Assembly: GCF_055900595.2 (NCBI RefSeq)
Contig: NZ_CM148325.1
Length of the DNA: 64,000 nucleotides
Reading direction: 5' to 3' (one strand)
How positions within the stretch are numbered: position 1 is the stretch's first letter; each line of letters starts with the position of its first letter. Shown one piece after another: positions 56,567 through 64,000 of the stretch. Made by a program: the position numbers and the translations under genes. The notes under the pieces were generated by a model. The model searched no databases, was not told where the DNA came from, and worked only from the letters and a program-made list of their open reading frames with translations.

Positions 56567-56908
56567 ATGATGAAAAAAAGTATTCTGGCGTTTCTGTTAC
56601 TCACCAGTTCTGCAGCGGCGCTGGCGGCACCGCAGGTGATTACCGTCAGTCGTTTTGAAGTGGGTAAAGACAAATGGGCATTTAACCGCGAAGAGGTGAT
56701 GCTGACATGCCGACCGGGCCATGCGTTGTATGTTATTAATCCGAGTACCCTCGTGCAGTATCCTTTGAACGATATCGCACAAAAGGAAGTCGCCAGCGGG
56801 AAGACCAATGCCCAGCCCATTTCGGTGATTCAGATTGATGATCCTAACAATCCAGGTGAAAAAATGAGTCTGGCACCGTTTATAGAGCGAGCTGAAAAAC
56901 TCTGTTAA
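56567..56908 (+). CDS. yebY: YebY, DUF2511 periplasmic protein (113 aa)
   Basis: ORF track; [44 protein letters not shown]... Confidence 0.92.
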   Translation: MMKKSILAFLLLTSSAAALAAPQVITVSRFEVGKDKWAFNREEVMLTCRPGHALYVINPSTLVQYPLNDIAQKEVASGKTNAQPISVIQIDDPNNPGEKMSLAPFIERAEKLC

Positions 56909-56935
56909 TTACCTAAAATAGCCTTTTGATTTCCA

Positions 56936-56978
56936 ATAAAAAACCGCCTCAGTTCTTTCACCAGAACAGGCGGTTTTT
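56936..56978. terminator. Bidirectional terminator after yebY (also the predicted 3' end of RyeA on the minus strand)
   Basis: aaaccgcct / aggcggttt hairpin flanked by an A-run upstream and a T-run downstream. Confidence 0.75.
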
Positions 56979-57198
56979 AACATTTAAGCTGATGACCACC
57001 ACGCTTTTTATTGACCATTTTGCACGCAAACTGGAAAACCTGGCGTCGTCATCTATTCTTAAAGGGCAAGGCAACTAAGCCTGCATTAATGCCAACTTTT
57101 AGCGCACGGCTCTCTCCCAAGAGCCATTTCCCTGGACCGAATACAGGAATCGTGTTCGGTCTCTTTTTATCTGTTAAAAGCCAGAAGCATTCCCTTCG
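56950..57198 (-). ncRNA. ryeA: RyeA (SraC) sRNA, antisense to and fully overlapping SdsR; ends approximate
   Basis: Established ryeA/ryeB antisense pair between yebY and pphA; 3' end set at the 56936..56978 terminator, 5' end from recalled about 249-nt length. Confidence 0.5.
57066..57168 (+). ncRNA. sdsR: SdsR (RyeB) sigmaS-dependent sRNA, about 103 nt
   Basis: Sequence gcaaggcaactaagcctgcattaatgcc...gaatcgtgttcggtctcttttt matches recalled SdsR incl. terminator; upstream -10 tattct with -13 C. Confidence 0.8.
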
Positions 57199-57302
57199 CT
57201 GACTATATAGTCAACCATAACACACACTCTACTGTCTGAGTCCAGCGTTTTTTAACATTCTTGTTAAGATTATGTGATCTTTAGCGCGGGAGGAAAATAT
57301 TG

Positions 57303-57959
57303 ATGAAACAGCCTGCGCCCGTTTATCAGAGAATTGCGGGTCATCAATGGCGACATATCTGGCTTTCAGGCGATATACACGGTTGTCTTGAGCAGTTGCG
57401 CCGCAAATTATGGCATTGTCGTTTTGATCCGTGGCGAGATTTACTTATCTCAGTGGGAGACGTTATCGATCGTGGGCCGCAAAGTTTACGTTGCCTGCAG
57501 TTACTGGAACAACATTGGGTTCGTGCGGTAAGAGGCAATCATGAACAGATGGCGATGGATGCGCTGGCATCCCAGCAGATGTCTTTGTGGTTGATGAATG
57601 GCGGCGACTGGTTTATTGCGCTGGCAGATAATCAACAGAAACAAGCGAAAACGGCGCTGGAAAAATGTCAGTATTTGCCCTTTATTCTTGAAGTACACAG
57701 TCGCACCGGCAAACATGTTATTGCCCATGCCGATTATCCGGATGATGTTTATGAATGGCAAAAGGACGTCGATTTGCATCAGGTCTTGTGGAGCCGCTCA
57801 CGATTACGTGAAGGCCAAAAAGGGCAGGGAATTACAGGTGCTGATCATTTCTGGTTTGGTCATACACCGTTGCGCCATCGCGTGGATATTGGCAACCTGC
57901 ATTATATTGATACCGGTGCTGTCTTTGGGGGAGAACTGACTCTTGTGCAATTGCAATAA
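57303..57959 (+). CDS. pphA: Serine/threonine protein phosphatase 1 PphA (PrpA), PPP-family metallophosphatase (218 aa)
   Basis: ORF track 57300..57959 (TTG) trimmed to ATG 57303 (MKQPAPVYQRIAGHQWRHIWLSGDIHGCLEQL...). Confidence 0.93.
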   Translation: MKQPAPVYQRIAGHQWRHIWLSGDIHGCLEQLRRKLWHCRFDPWRDLLISVGDVIDRGPQSLRCLQLLEQHWVRAVRGNHEQMAMDALASQQMSLWLMNGGDWFIALADNQQKQAKTALEKCQYLPFILEVHSRTGKHVIAHADYPDDVYEWQKDVDLHQVLWSRSRLREGQKGQGITGADHFWFGHTPLRHRVDIGNLHYIDTGAVFGGELTLVQLQ

Positions 57960-58151
57960 TTAAAAATCACCGTACTCCTGTGCAGGTCGCCAGAAACCAT
58001 CTATAAAATCCTCAATCGGAAAACAACCGCCATGGCGGATCCGTTGATCGCTCATAGAATAAAGACACTGTTGTTCCGTGTTGTAGACATCCACAACAAT
58101 ATCTTCACAACCGCCATCCAGGTAGCAAACAAAAAGTACCAGCGCGAACAT
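57960..58151 (-). CDS. yebW: YebW small protein (63 aa)
   Basis: ORF track 57960..58235 trimmed to ATG at 58151 (MFALVLFVCYLDGGCEDIVVDVYNTEQQ...). Confidence 0.8.
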   Translation of the reverse strand: MFALVLFVCYLDGGCEDIVVDVYNTEQQCLYSMSDQRIRHGGCFPIEDFIDGFWRPAQEYGDF

Positions 58152-58255
58152 TTCATCCCCGAAGTGTGGTGCCGTACCGTTAAGTTTAGGAGAGATTTTA
58201 CAACGGGGGAATAACCAGGACAAATAACCCGCCATGCCGACGGGTTCTTTTTGGA

Positions 58256-58492
58256 TCAGGCAAGACGCATAATCCAGGCATCAGATTGTTGATCGTAACG
58301 GGTACGGTAAAGGACAGAGTGTTCGCCATTTAGCAGGGCAGGGATACTGGTTTCAGCATCCCAGGCATCCAGTTGCATACATAAATCGGGGTCTGATTTA
58401 CAAGGAATGGTTAACGTTCGATCACCCGGCGATTCACCGTGTAACTCGCCGTCGTCGATTTCAAAAGCGCCTATGCGCACACTGGTTTTCAT
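58256..58492 (-). CDS. yebV: YebV small protein (78 aa)
   Basis: ORF track 58256..58507 trimmed to ATG at 58492 (MKTSVRIGAFEIDDGELHGESPGDRTL...). Confidence 0.82.
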   Translation of the reverse strand: MKTSVRIGAFEIDDGELHGESPGDRTLTIPCKSDPDLCMQLDAWDAETSIPALLNGEHSVLYRTRYDQQSDAWIMRLA

Positions 58493-58609
58493 CTTCGTGC
58501 TCTCCATTTAGCTGCCGGTTGTGGTACGACCAGTTCGATCGCACCATTTTTCAGCCTAGTTGAGGCAGCCGAATGTGCCAGTCAAAAAGTGCGCTTTTTT
58601 TGTGCGCTG

Positions 58610-60055
58610 TCAGGCGTTACCTGTAAAAAGTTTCCCGTCCCGCACCAGTTCACGCGGGTAGCTGTTTTTCAGTCGCGAACCAATCCGTTTGGCTAAACCA
58701 ATCGGCTGCTGTTGGAAAGTAACCAATACATCATCCGCTACTGGCGCGGCTTGCGGGTAAACATCGCGCCCGCGATACCACTCTTCCGCTTCCTGCGGTG
58801 TCAGTTCAAAAGCGTTCACATTGTTGGGGGAGGCAAGGGCAATAACCGCTTCATGCTGCCAGCGATAACCTTTGTTATGTGTTTCGGCAAGTTTAATCCC
58901 CAACCGAGAAAATCGGACTTTACCGATCAAGGCTTCAATGCCCACCGGGAACAACCACAGTTCTTTGTCGCGTTGCCAGAGTCGCAGGTTTCCATCCCAG
59001 TTTAAGCCAACACTTGCAGCCGCCTGACGAATTTGACCGGCTTCGCGATCTTTCACCGGGCTAAACGGGAAATTGCCCACTTTGTATTTTGGGGCGGGTA
59101 AGACGGGGATCGCCTGAATTTTACGCAGACGAGCAACGAAGAAGCCTTCGCAGTCGTAAATTTGTGGGAAAACATGCAAAAAGCCTTCTTCGGTCAGCGC
59201 CTTATTTGCACCAGGGAAGAGATCGCCAAGCGGTAAAAACTCTACTGCGTCGGGGTAAGTCTCTTTCAGCCACCGGCAGACGGCTTCATTTTCTTCTTGG
59301 TTTAAGGTACAGGTCGAGTAAACCAGCGTACCGCCAGGACGTAATGCATGAAAGGCACTGTCGATCAGTTCACGCTGGGTGGCAGCGATTTCCTGATTGC
59401 TTTCTGGTGACCAGTTTTTCAGCGCATCGGGATCTTTACGCACCACGCCTTCGCCGGAGCAGGGGGCGTCCAGCAAAATGGCATCGAACATTTCTGGTAA
59501 TGCCGCACCAAATACGCGGCCATCAAAATGCGTGAGCGCAACATTACTGATGCCACAGCGGCTGATATTGGCATGTAACACTTTTACCCGACTGGCGGAA
59601 AACTCATTGGCAAGGATCGCCCCTTTGTTATTCATCCGTGCAGCAATTTGCGTCGTTTTGGAGCCTGGCGCAGCAGCGACATCCATCACCCGTTGTGGTG
59701 AATTACCGTCAGCAAACAAGGCGGCAACGGGCAACATTGAACTGGCTTCCTGAATATAAAACAGGCCGCTTAAATGCTCTGCGGTACTACCCAACGGCAA
59801 TGCATCTTCATCGTCGCGTTCAATCCAGAAACCTTCTTCACACCACGGAATAGGCGTAAGCGTCCAGTTATAAGGGGCGGTTAATTGCAGGAAATCAGCA
59901 ACGGAGATTTTCAGCGTATTAACGCGAATACTGCGGCGCAACGGGCGCTGACAGGCGGCAAGAAAATCATCAAATGAGAGCGTCGAAGGCATTGCTTCGC
60001 GCATTTGCGTCAGAAAGGCGTCCGGGAAATAAACGGTGTGTTGGGCCACGAGCAT
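58610..60055 (-). CDS. rsmF: 16S rRNA m5C1407 methyltransferase RsmF (YebU) (481 aa from ATG; 479 aa if GTG at 60049 is used)
   Basis: ORF track; [35 protein letters not shown]...; SAM-binding DAPCSGEG motif. Confidence 0.93.
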   Translation of the reverse strand: MLVAQHTVYFPDAFLTQMREAMPSTLSFDDFLAACQRPLRRSIRVNTLKISVADFLQLTAPYNWTLTPIPWCEEGFWIERDDEDALPLGSTAEHLSGLFYIQEASSMLPVAALFADGNSPQRVMDVAAAPGSKTTQIAARMNNKGAILANEFSASRVKVLHANISRCGISNVALTHFDGRVFGAALPEMFDAILLDAPCSGEGVVRKDPDALKNWSPESNQEIAATQRELIDSAFHALRPGGTLVYSTCTLNQEENEAVCRWLKETYPDAVEFLPLGDLFPGANKALTEEGFLHVFPQIYDCEGFFVARLRKIQAIPVLPAPKYKVGNFPFSPVKDREAGQIRQAAASVGLNWDGNLRLWQRDKELWLFPVGIEALIGKVRFSRLGIKLAETHNKGYRWQHEAVIALASPNNVNAFELTPQEAEEWYRGRDVYPQAAPVADDVLVTFQQQPIGLAKRIGSRLKNSYPRELVRDGKLFTGNA

Positions 60056-60128
60056 GTACCACAGGCAAAAAAACAGGCGCGCAGTTTAGCATAAACGCTC
60101 CGGCGCAGGCACGCCGGAGCAATGGACA

Positions 60129-62762
60129 TTATTTGGGCAGCGCAGTTCCCCATTCACGCCACTCTTTCGGTTCACTTTCCTGCAACAGGAAGTGCTTGCC
60201 CTCCTGGGCTTTCGGTGCCAGTGGCGTACCCGGAGGCGTGGCGAAGGCAATGCCGCCACGGATAAACTGGTTAAAGGTGCCGGTTTTCACCACGCCGCCC
60301 GTCAGACCAAAGTCCAGACTGTAACCCGATGCCAACCAGAAGACGGAATTGTTACGCACCAGGTGTTGATAGCGTTTACTGATGCGCATCGCAATCATCA
60401 CGCGATCTGACAATGTCCCCAGCGTCATTCCGGTAACCGTACCAACTTCCAGACCACGGAACAGCACAGGCGTACCGATGCCTAACGAACCGGCTTCCGG
60501 CGCTTCAACAATAATGCTTAAGCCATCCAGGTAACGCGAATCAGTTATGGTGGCCTCTTGTAATTCAAAGTCGCGGCGAGGATTGCCCCGGCCAGGTTCG
60601 ACGTTGATATACGGCTGGAGGATAGTATCAAGATGCTCAACGCCAGCTGCCGAAATTTGCGGTGTGACCACTGAGAAGCGTGTACCACCGCGTGCAAAGG
60701 TCTGGACATATTCCGGATAGAGCACCGCCTTTGCCTGTACTTCATTGCGCGCGGTAATCAGATCCAGCGTCTGAATTTGCCCGATATCAATACCGAGATA
60801 GCGAATTGGCATCCCGACTGCCAGTTTTCCGGCATCGAAAGCGTGGAGCGTAATCTGTCCGCCAACCGCACGGGCCGCTGTTTCGGAAGCATACAGAATT
60901 CGCTTGTCACCTTTACGTTGGCTGGCGCTGGCACCGCTGAGGTTATCGAAGCTAATAGCCCCCTTTAATGCTCTGGAGAGTGGGGATGCCTGTACAGTCA
61001 GACCACTACCATTTAGCTGAACTTTCGCCCCACCTTCTGCCCAGAACACGCTGTTGCTGGTCAGAAGGTTGCGATACTCCGGCTTAATATGCAAATCGAT
61101 ATCAAACGCGTTAGCTCGCGGACGCACAGTAATAACTTCACCAACTTCAAATTTACGGTATAGCACTACCGATCCTGCCTGTACATCCGGCAGCGTCTCT
61201 GCACTCAAACTCACGGTTGTGGTGGGTAAATCGCTAAGGCTGTTCTCCAGCGCTTTTTCCAGATTGGCATACAGTGGATAGCTGGCTTTCATCTCGCCTT
61301 TATCGCCTGGCAGAATACGTATCCCGCCGTTAATCCATTCTGAGGCGCTGGCACCGAGAAACTCAACGCCATCCAGCCCCACCTTCACGTCGACACGGCT
61401 GTTGACGACAAATTTGCTATCGCCTTTTACCAGTTCGCGATGCTGAGGCTCGATGGCGACGGTAAAGGTGACGCCTTTGCTGGTGAGTTTACGATCAATA
61501 ACCTGGCCTACCTGCACGCCGTGAAGAATGAGCGGCTGACCAGCATCAATGCCGTAACTTTCTGGTGCTGTCAGGGTCAGTGTCAGAACATCCGGCTCTT
61601 GTAGCAGGGCTTTTTCGCCTGGCACAACAACGAACTCTTTGCGTGGCTCGCCATCGCCGGGCACCAACTCAAAGGTTTTTCCGGTCAGCAGGGCGCTGAG
61701 ATTGGCATCGCTAAGGGATAATTTCGGGTTGCGTAATTCGATGCGAGTATTTTCACGAAGCAGGGTGACGACGCTGGGATCAACGGTCATTTCCCCAGTG
61801 ACTTTACCACCAGGATTTAAATCCAGTTTAGTCAGCTGTCCGACTTCCAGCCCCTGATACATTAACGGCGTCGAGTCGGCGGTTAATCCGGCCCCACTCG
61901 GCAGTTCCAGTTTTATTATTACGCCACGCTGGCTGTGGGCGAGATCTTCATACAGACCAAAGGTATCTTCCGCCTCGGCAGGTTTCGACTCTTCAGGTGA
62001 ATCGAAGGCAATCGCACCGTTAACCAGTGCCGCCAGACTTTCCAGTTTCACCTTCGCGCCACTGATACTGACGTTGGCATCAACGCCAGAAACATTCCAG
62101 AAACGGCTACCTTTTTTCACCAGGTCGGTAAAACGCCGCTCGATCAGGACATCAATCACCACGCCTTGTTTATTGGGATTGATGGCATAGTCGTAGACTT
62201 TTCCCACCGGGATCTTGCGGAAATAGACCAATGAACCACTGTTCAGTGAACCGAGATCGGGGGCTTGCAGGTGGATCATCAGATCGCCATTATCCAGCCG
62301 ATACTTCGGTTGGGTATCGAGTGCGACAAAGTGATCCTGCTCTTTACCTTTACCCGGCATCATACCGATATAGTTACCACCGACGAGGGCATCCAGCCCG
62401 GAGACACCTGCCAGTGAGGCCTTTGGCGTCACCAGCCAGAACTGTGTCTCTTCGCGCAGCGCATCTTTCATATCAGACTTGATGCTGACCTTGACTTCAA
62501 TCTTACGAAGATCGTCGCTCAGGCTGATATCCTGCACAGTTCCGACTTCAACGCCCTGATAACGAACAGGGGTGCGGCCCGGGACAATACCATCCGCCGA
62601 CATAAAGTCGATGGTGACGGTATTACCCCGGTCCTGATAACTATCCCAAATCAGCCAACCGGCAATCATTAGCGCGATGAACGGCAGCAGCCAGAAAGGT
62701 GAGATACGGCGTTTATTTTTAATCTGCGCTTCAGTCGTCGAAGCGGGCGTTTCCTGACTCAT
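60129..62762 (-). CDS. letB: LetB (YebT), multi-MCE-domain envelope-spanning lipid tunnel protein (877 aa)
   Basis: ORF track 60129..62804 trimmed to ATG at 62762 ([39 protein letters not shown]...). Confidence 0.93.
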   Translation of the reverse strand: MSQETPASTTEAQIKNKRRISPFWLLPFIALMIAGWLIWDSYQDRGNTVTIDFMSADGIVPGRTPVRYQGVEVGTVQDISLSDDLRKIEVKVSIKSDMKDALREETQFWLVTPKASLAGVSGLDALVGGNYIGMMPGKGKEQDHFVALDTQPKYRLDNGDLMIHLQAPDLGSLNSGSLVYFRKIPVGKVYDYAINPNKQGVVIDVLIERRFTDLVKKGSRFWNVSGVDANVSISGAKVKLESLAALVNGAIAFDSPEESKPAEAEDTFGLYEDLAHSQRGVIIKLELPSGAGLTADSTPLMYQGLEVGQLTKLDLNPGGKVTGEMTVDPSVVTLLRENTRIELRNPKLSLSDANLSALLTGKTFELVPGDGEPRKEFVVVPGEKALLQEPDVLTLTLTAPESYGIDAGQPLILHGVQVGQVIDRKLTSKGVTFTVAIEPQHRELVKGDSKFVVNSRVDVKVGLDGVEFLGASASEWINGGIRILPGDKGEMKASYPLYANLEKALENSLSDLPTTTVSLSAETLPDVQAGSVVLYRKFEVGEVITVRPRANAFDIDLHIKPEYRNLLTSNSVFWAEGGAKVQLNGSGLTVQASPLSRALKGAISFDNLSGASASQRKGDKRILYASETAARAVGGQITLHAFDAGKLAVGMPIRYLGIDIGQIQTLDLITARNEVQAKAVLYPEYVQTFARGGTRFSVVTPQISAAGVEHLDTILQPYINVEPGRGNPRRDFELQEATITDSRYLDGLSIIVEAPEAGSLGIGTPVLFRGLEVGTVTGMTLGTLSDRVMIAMRISKRYQHLVRNNSVFWLASGYSLDFGLTGGVVKTGTFNQFIRGGIAFATPPGTPLAPKAQEGKHFLLQESEPKEWREWGTALPK

Positions 62763-64000
62763 GTGCATCCCAAAGTAAGCGGCTGTCCAGCCATTCCACA
62801 GCAAGAATAGTCAAAATTACCGCTGCGCCGAAATAAAACGCAGCCGGTCCCATAGTAAAAGCGAGGATCTGATCGCGATTAATCAGCGACATGGTTAAAG
62901 ATATGACAAACAGGTCGAGCATCGACCAGCGACCAATCCAGGTCACCATCCGCAGTAACAGAATGCGTGTGCGTAAACCTTGCTGGCATTTAAAATGAAT
63001 ACTCAACAGTAAAGTGAACATGACGATCACTTTAGTAAACGGCACCAGAATACTGGCGATAAACACGATTCCGGCGACCGCAATGTTGCTACTTGCCAGC
63101 GACATAATCCCGGAAAGAATCGTATCTTCCTGCCGGCCACCATTCAGATAAATGATAGAAATAGGTAACAGGTTGGCAGGTAACAACAACACGATTGATG
63201 CTAACAGCGCCGCCCAGCACTTTTGCAGACTATGACGGCGACGCAGGCGTAGCGGGATATGGCAACGCGGGCAGCGACCACGCTGATCAGGATAGCCGGT
63301 AAAATGGCACCCAAGACAGACACGGAGTTTCTCGTCTCTACGTGTAGCGGGGAGCTGCGGATAAAATCGCGCCCACAGTTCCTCGACATTAAGATGTGAC
63401 AACGTCACCGTGGTCAATATCACTAATGCAACAAAAGAGAACAGACCAATACCCGCCTGAATGTGCGCATAATCCTGCACCTTTATAGAAGCAACGCCAA
63501 TACCGACCAGATAGATGTCCAGCATCACCCACTCTTTCAATCGCTCAAGCATCAGCAGTACCGGGCGTAGATTCATTCCCAGTCGGTTACCAAACCATAA
63601 ATAAGCTATGGAGGTCACCAGAATAAGGGGGGCACCAATAACGCAAAAAAAGACCATCGCCCCCGTTATTGCATCGCCCTGTTTGGTCATTTGCCAGATG
63701 CCTTGCATGACATTGGCGTCAATACGAATACCTAACAGCCAGATATGCAACAGCGGTTCGCCCCAGGCAAACGGCATCAGCAACAGCATGGTGAATGCCA
63801 TTGCTGCCAGGCGCGTTAGCGACCAGTCGCGCCCGTCAAGAATTTTTGCCTGACAGCGCGGACAATAGGCACTTTGATGAGAGTTTATCTCGGGTAGGCT
63901 AAACAGCATGTCACATTGCGGGCAACGTTGGTAATCACCACGCGGCAGTTCCTCGCCAATTGCCATCACTGTTATCTTTTTTGTCGGCGTAATTTGTGGT
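62731..64000 (-). CDS. letA: LetA (YebS), PqiA-like inner membrane protein; 5' end (a few codons) beyond window edge
   Basis: ORF track 62731..63969; reading frame stays open to position 64000 (...[11 protein letters not shown]...); overlaps letB start by 32 nt. Confidence 0.88.
   Translation of the reverse strand, partial: PQITPTKKITVMAIGEELPRGDYQRCPQCDMLFSLPEINSHQSAYCPRCQAKILDGRDWSLTRLAAMAFTMLLLMPFAWGEPLLHIWLLGIRIDANVMQGIWQMTKQGDAITGAMVFFCVIGAPLILVTSIAYLWFGNRLGMNLRPVLLMLERLKEWVMLDIYLVGIGVASIKVQDYAHIQAGIGLFSFVALVILTTVTLSHLNVEELWARFYPQLPATRRDEKLRVCLGCHFTGYPDQRGRCPRCHIPLRLRRRHSLQKCWAALLASIVLLLPANLLPISIIYLNGGRQEDTILSGIMSLASSNIAVAGIVFIASILVPFTKVIVMFTLLLSIHFKCQQGLRTRILLLRMVTWIGRWSMLDLFVISLTMSLINRDQILAFTMGPAAFYFGAAVILTILAVEWLDSRLLWDAHESGNARFDD

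Overview
This window reads as an Escherichia coli-type chromosome segment, almost entirely core genes, in reverse orientation to the usual K-12 map. Gene identities come from reading the supplied ORF translations against recalled E. coli protein sequences and lengths; no database search was run. Order: flhC (3' fragment) - motAB-cheAW - tar-tap-cheRBYZ - flhBAE - yecT - argS - yecM - cutC (with MicL sRNA inside) - torYZ - cmoBA - yecN - yecED - aspS-nudB-yebC-ruvC - [accessory block around yebB] - ruvAB - znuCB / znuA - mepM - lpxM - pykA - hexR - zwf - edd-eda - purT - yebGFE - ptrB - exoX - yobB (frameshifted) - holE - yobA-yebZY - sdsR/ryeA - pphA - yebWV - rsmF - letB-letA (letA start outside the window). 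Several ORF-track starts are N-terminal over-extensions and were trimmed to the start that gives the recalled protein length. The best candidate for something undescribed is the ruvC-ruvA interval (30386..34298). As I recall K-12 it holds only yebB, but here it is about 3.9 kb and carries three extra envelope-targeted ORFs of unknown function: a membrane-anchored PstS-like binding protein, and a tight pair of a Sec-signal protein plus a 3-TM membrane protein placed directly upstream of the LexA-controlled ruvAB promoter. Other points worth a look: a single-base frameshift in a G7 run splitting yobB, the MicL and SdsR/RyeA small RNAs, and a duplicated 24-bp hairpin flanking a REP cluster between torZ and cmoB. 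I saw no tRNA, rRNA, CRISPR array, transposase or integrase.
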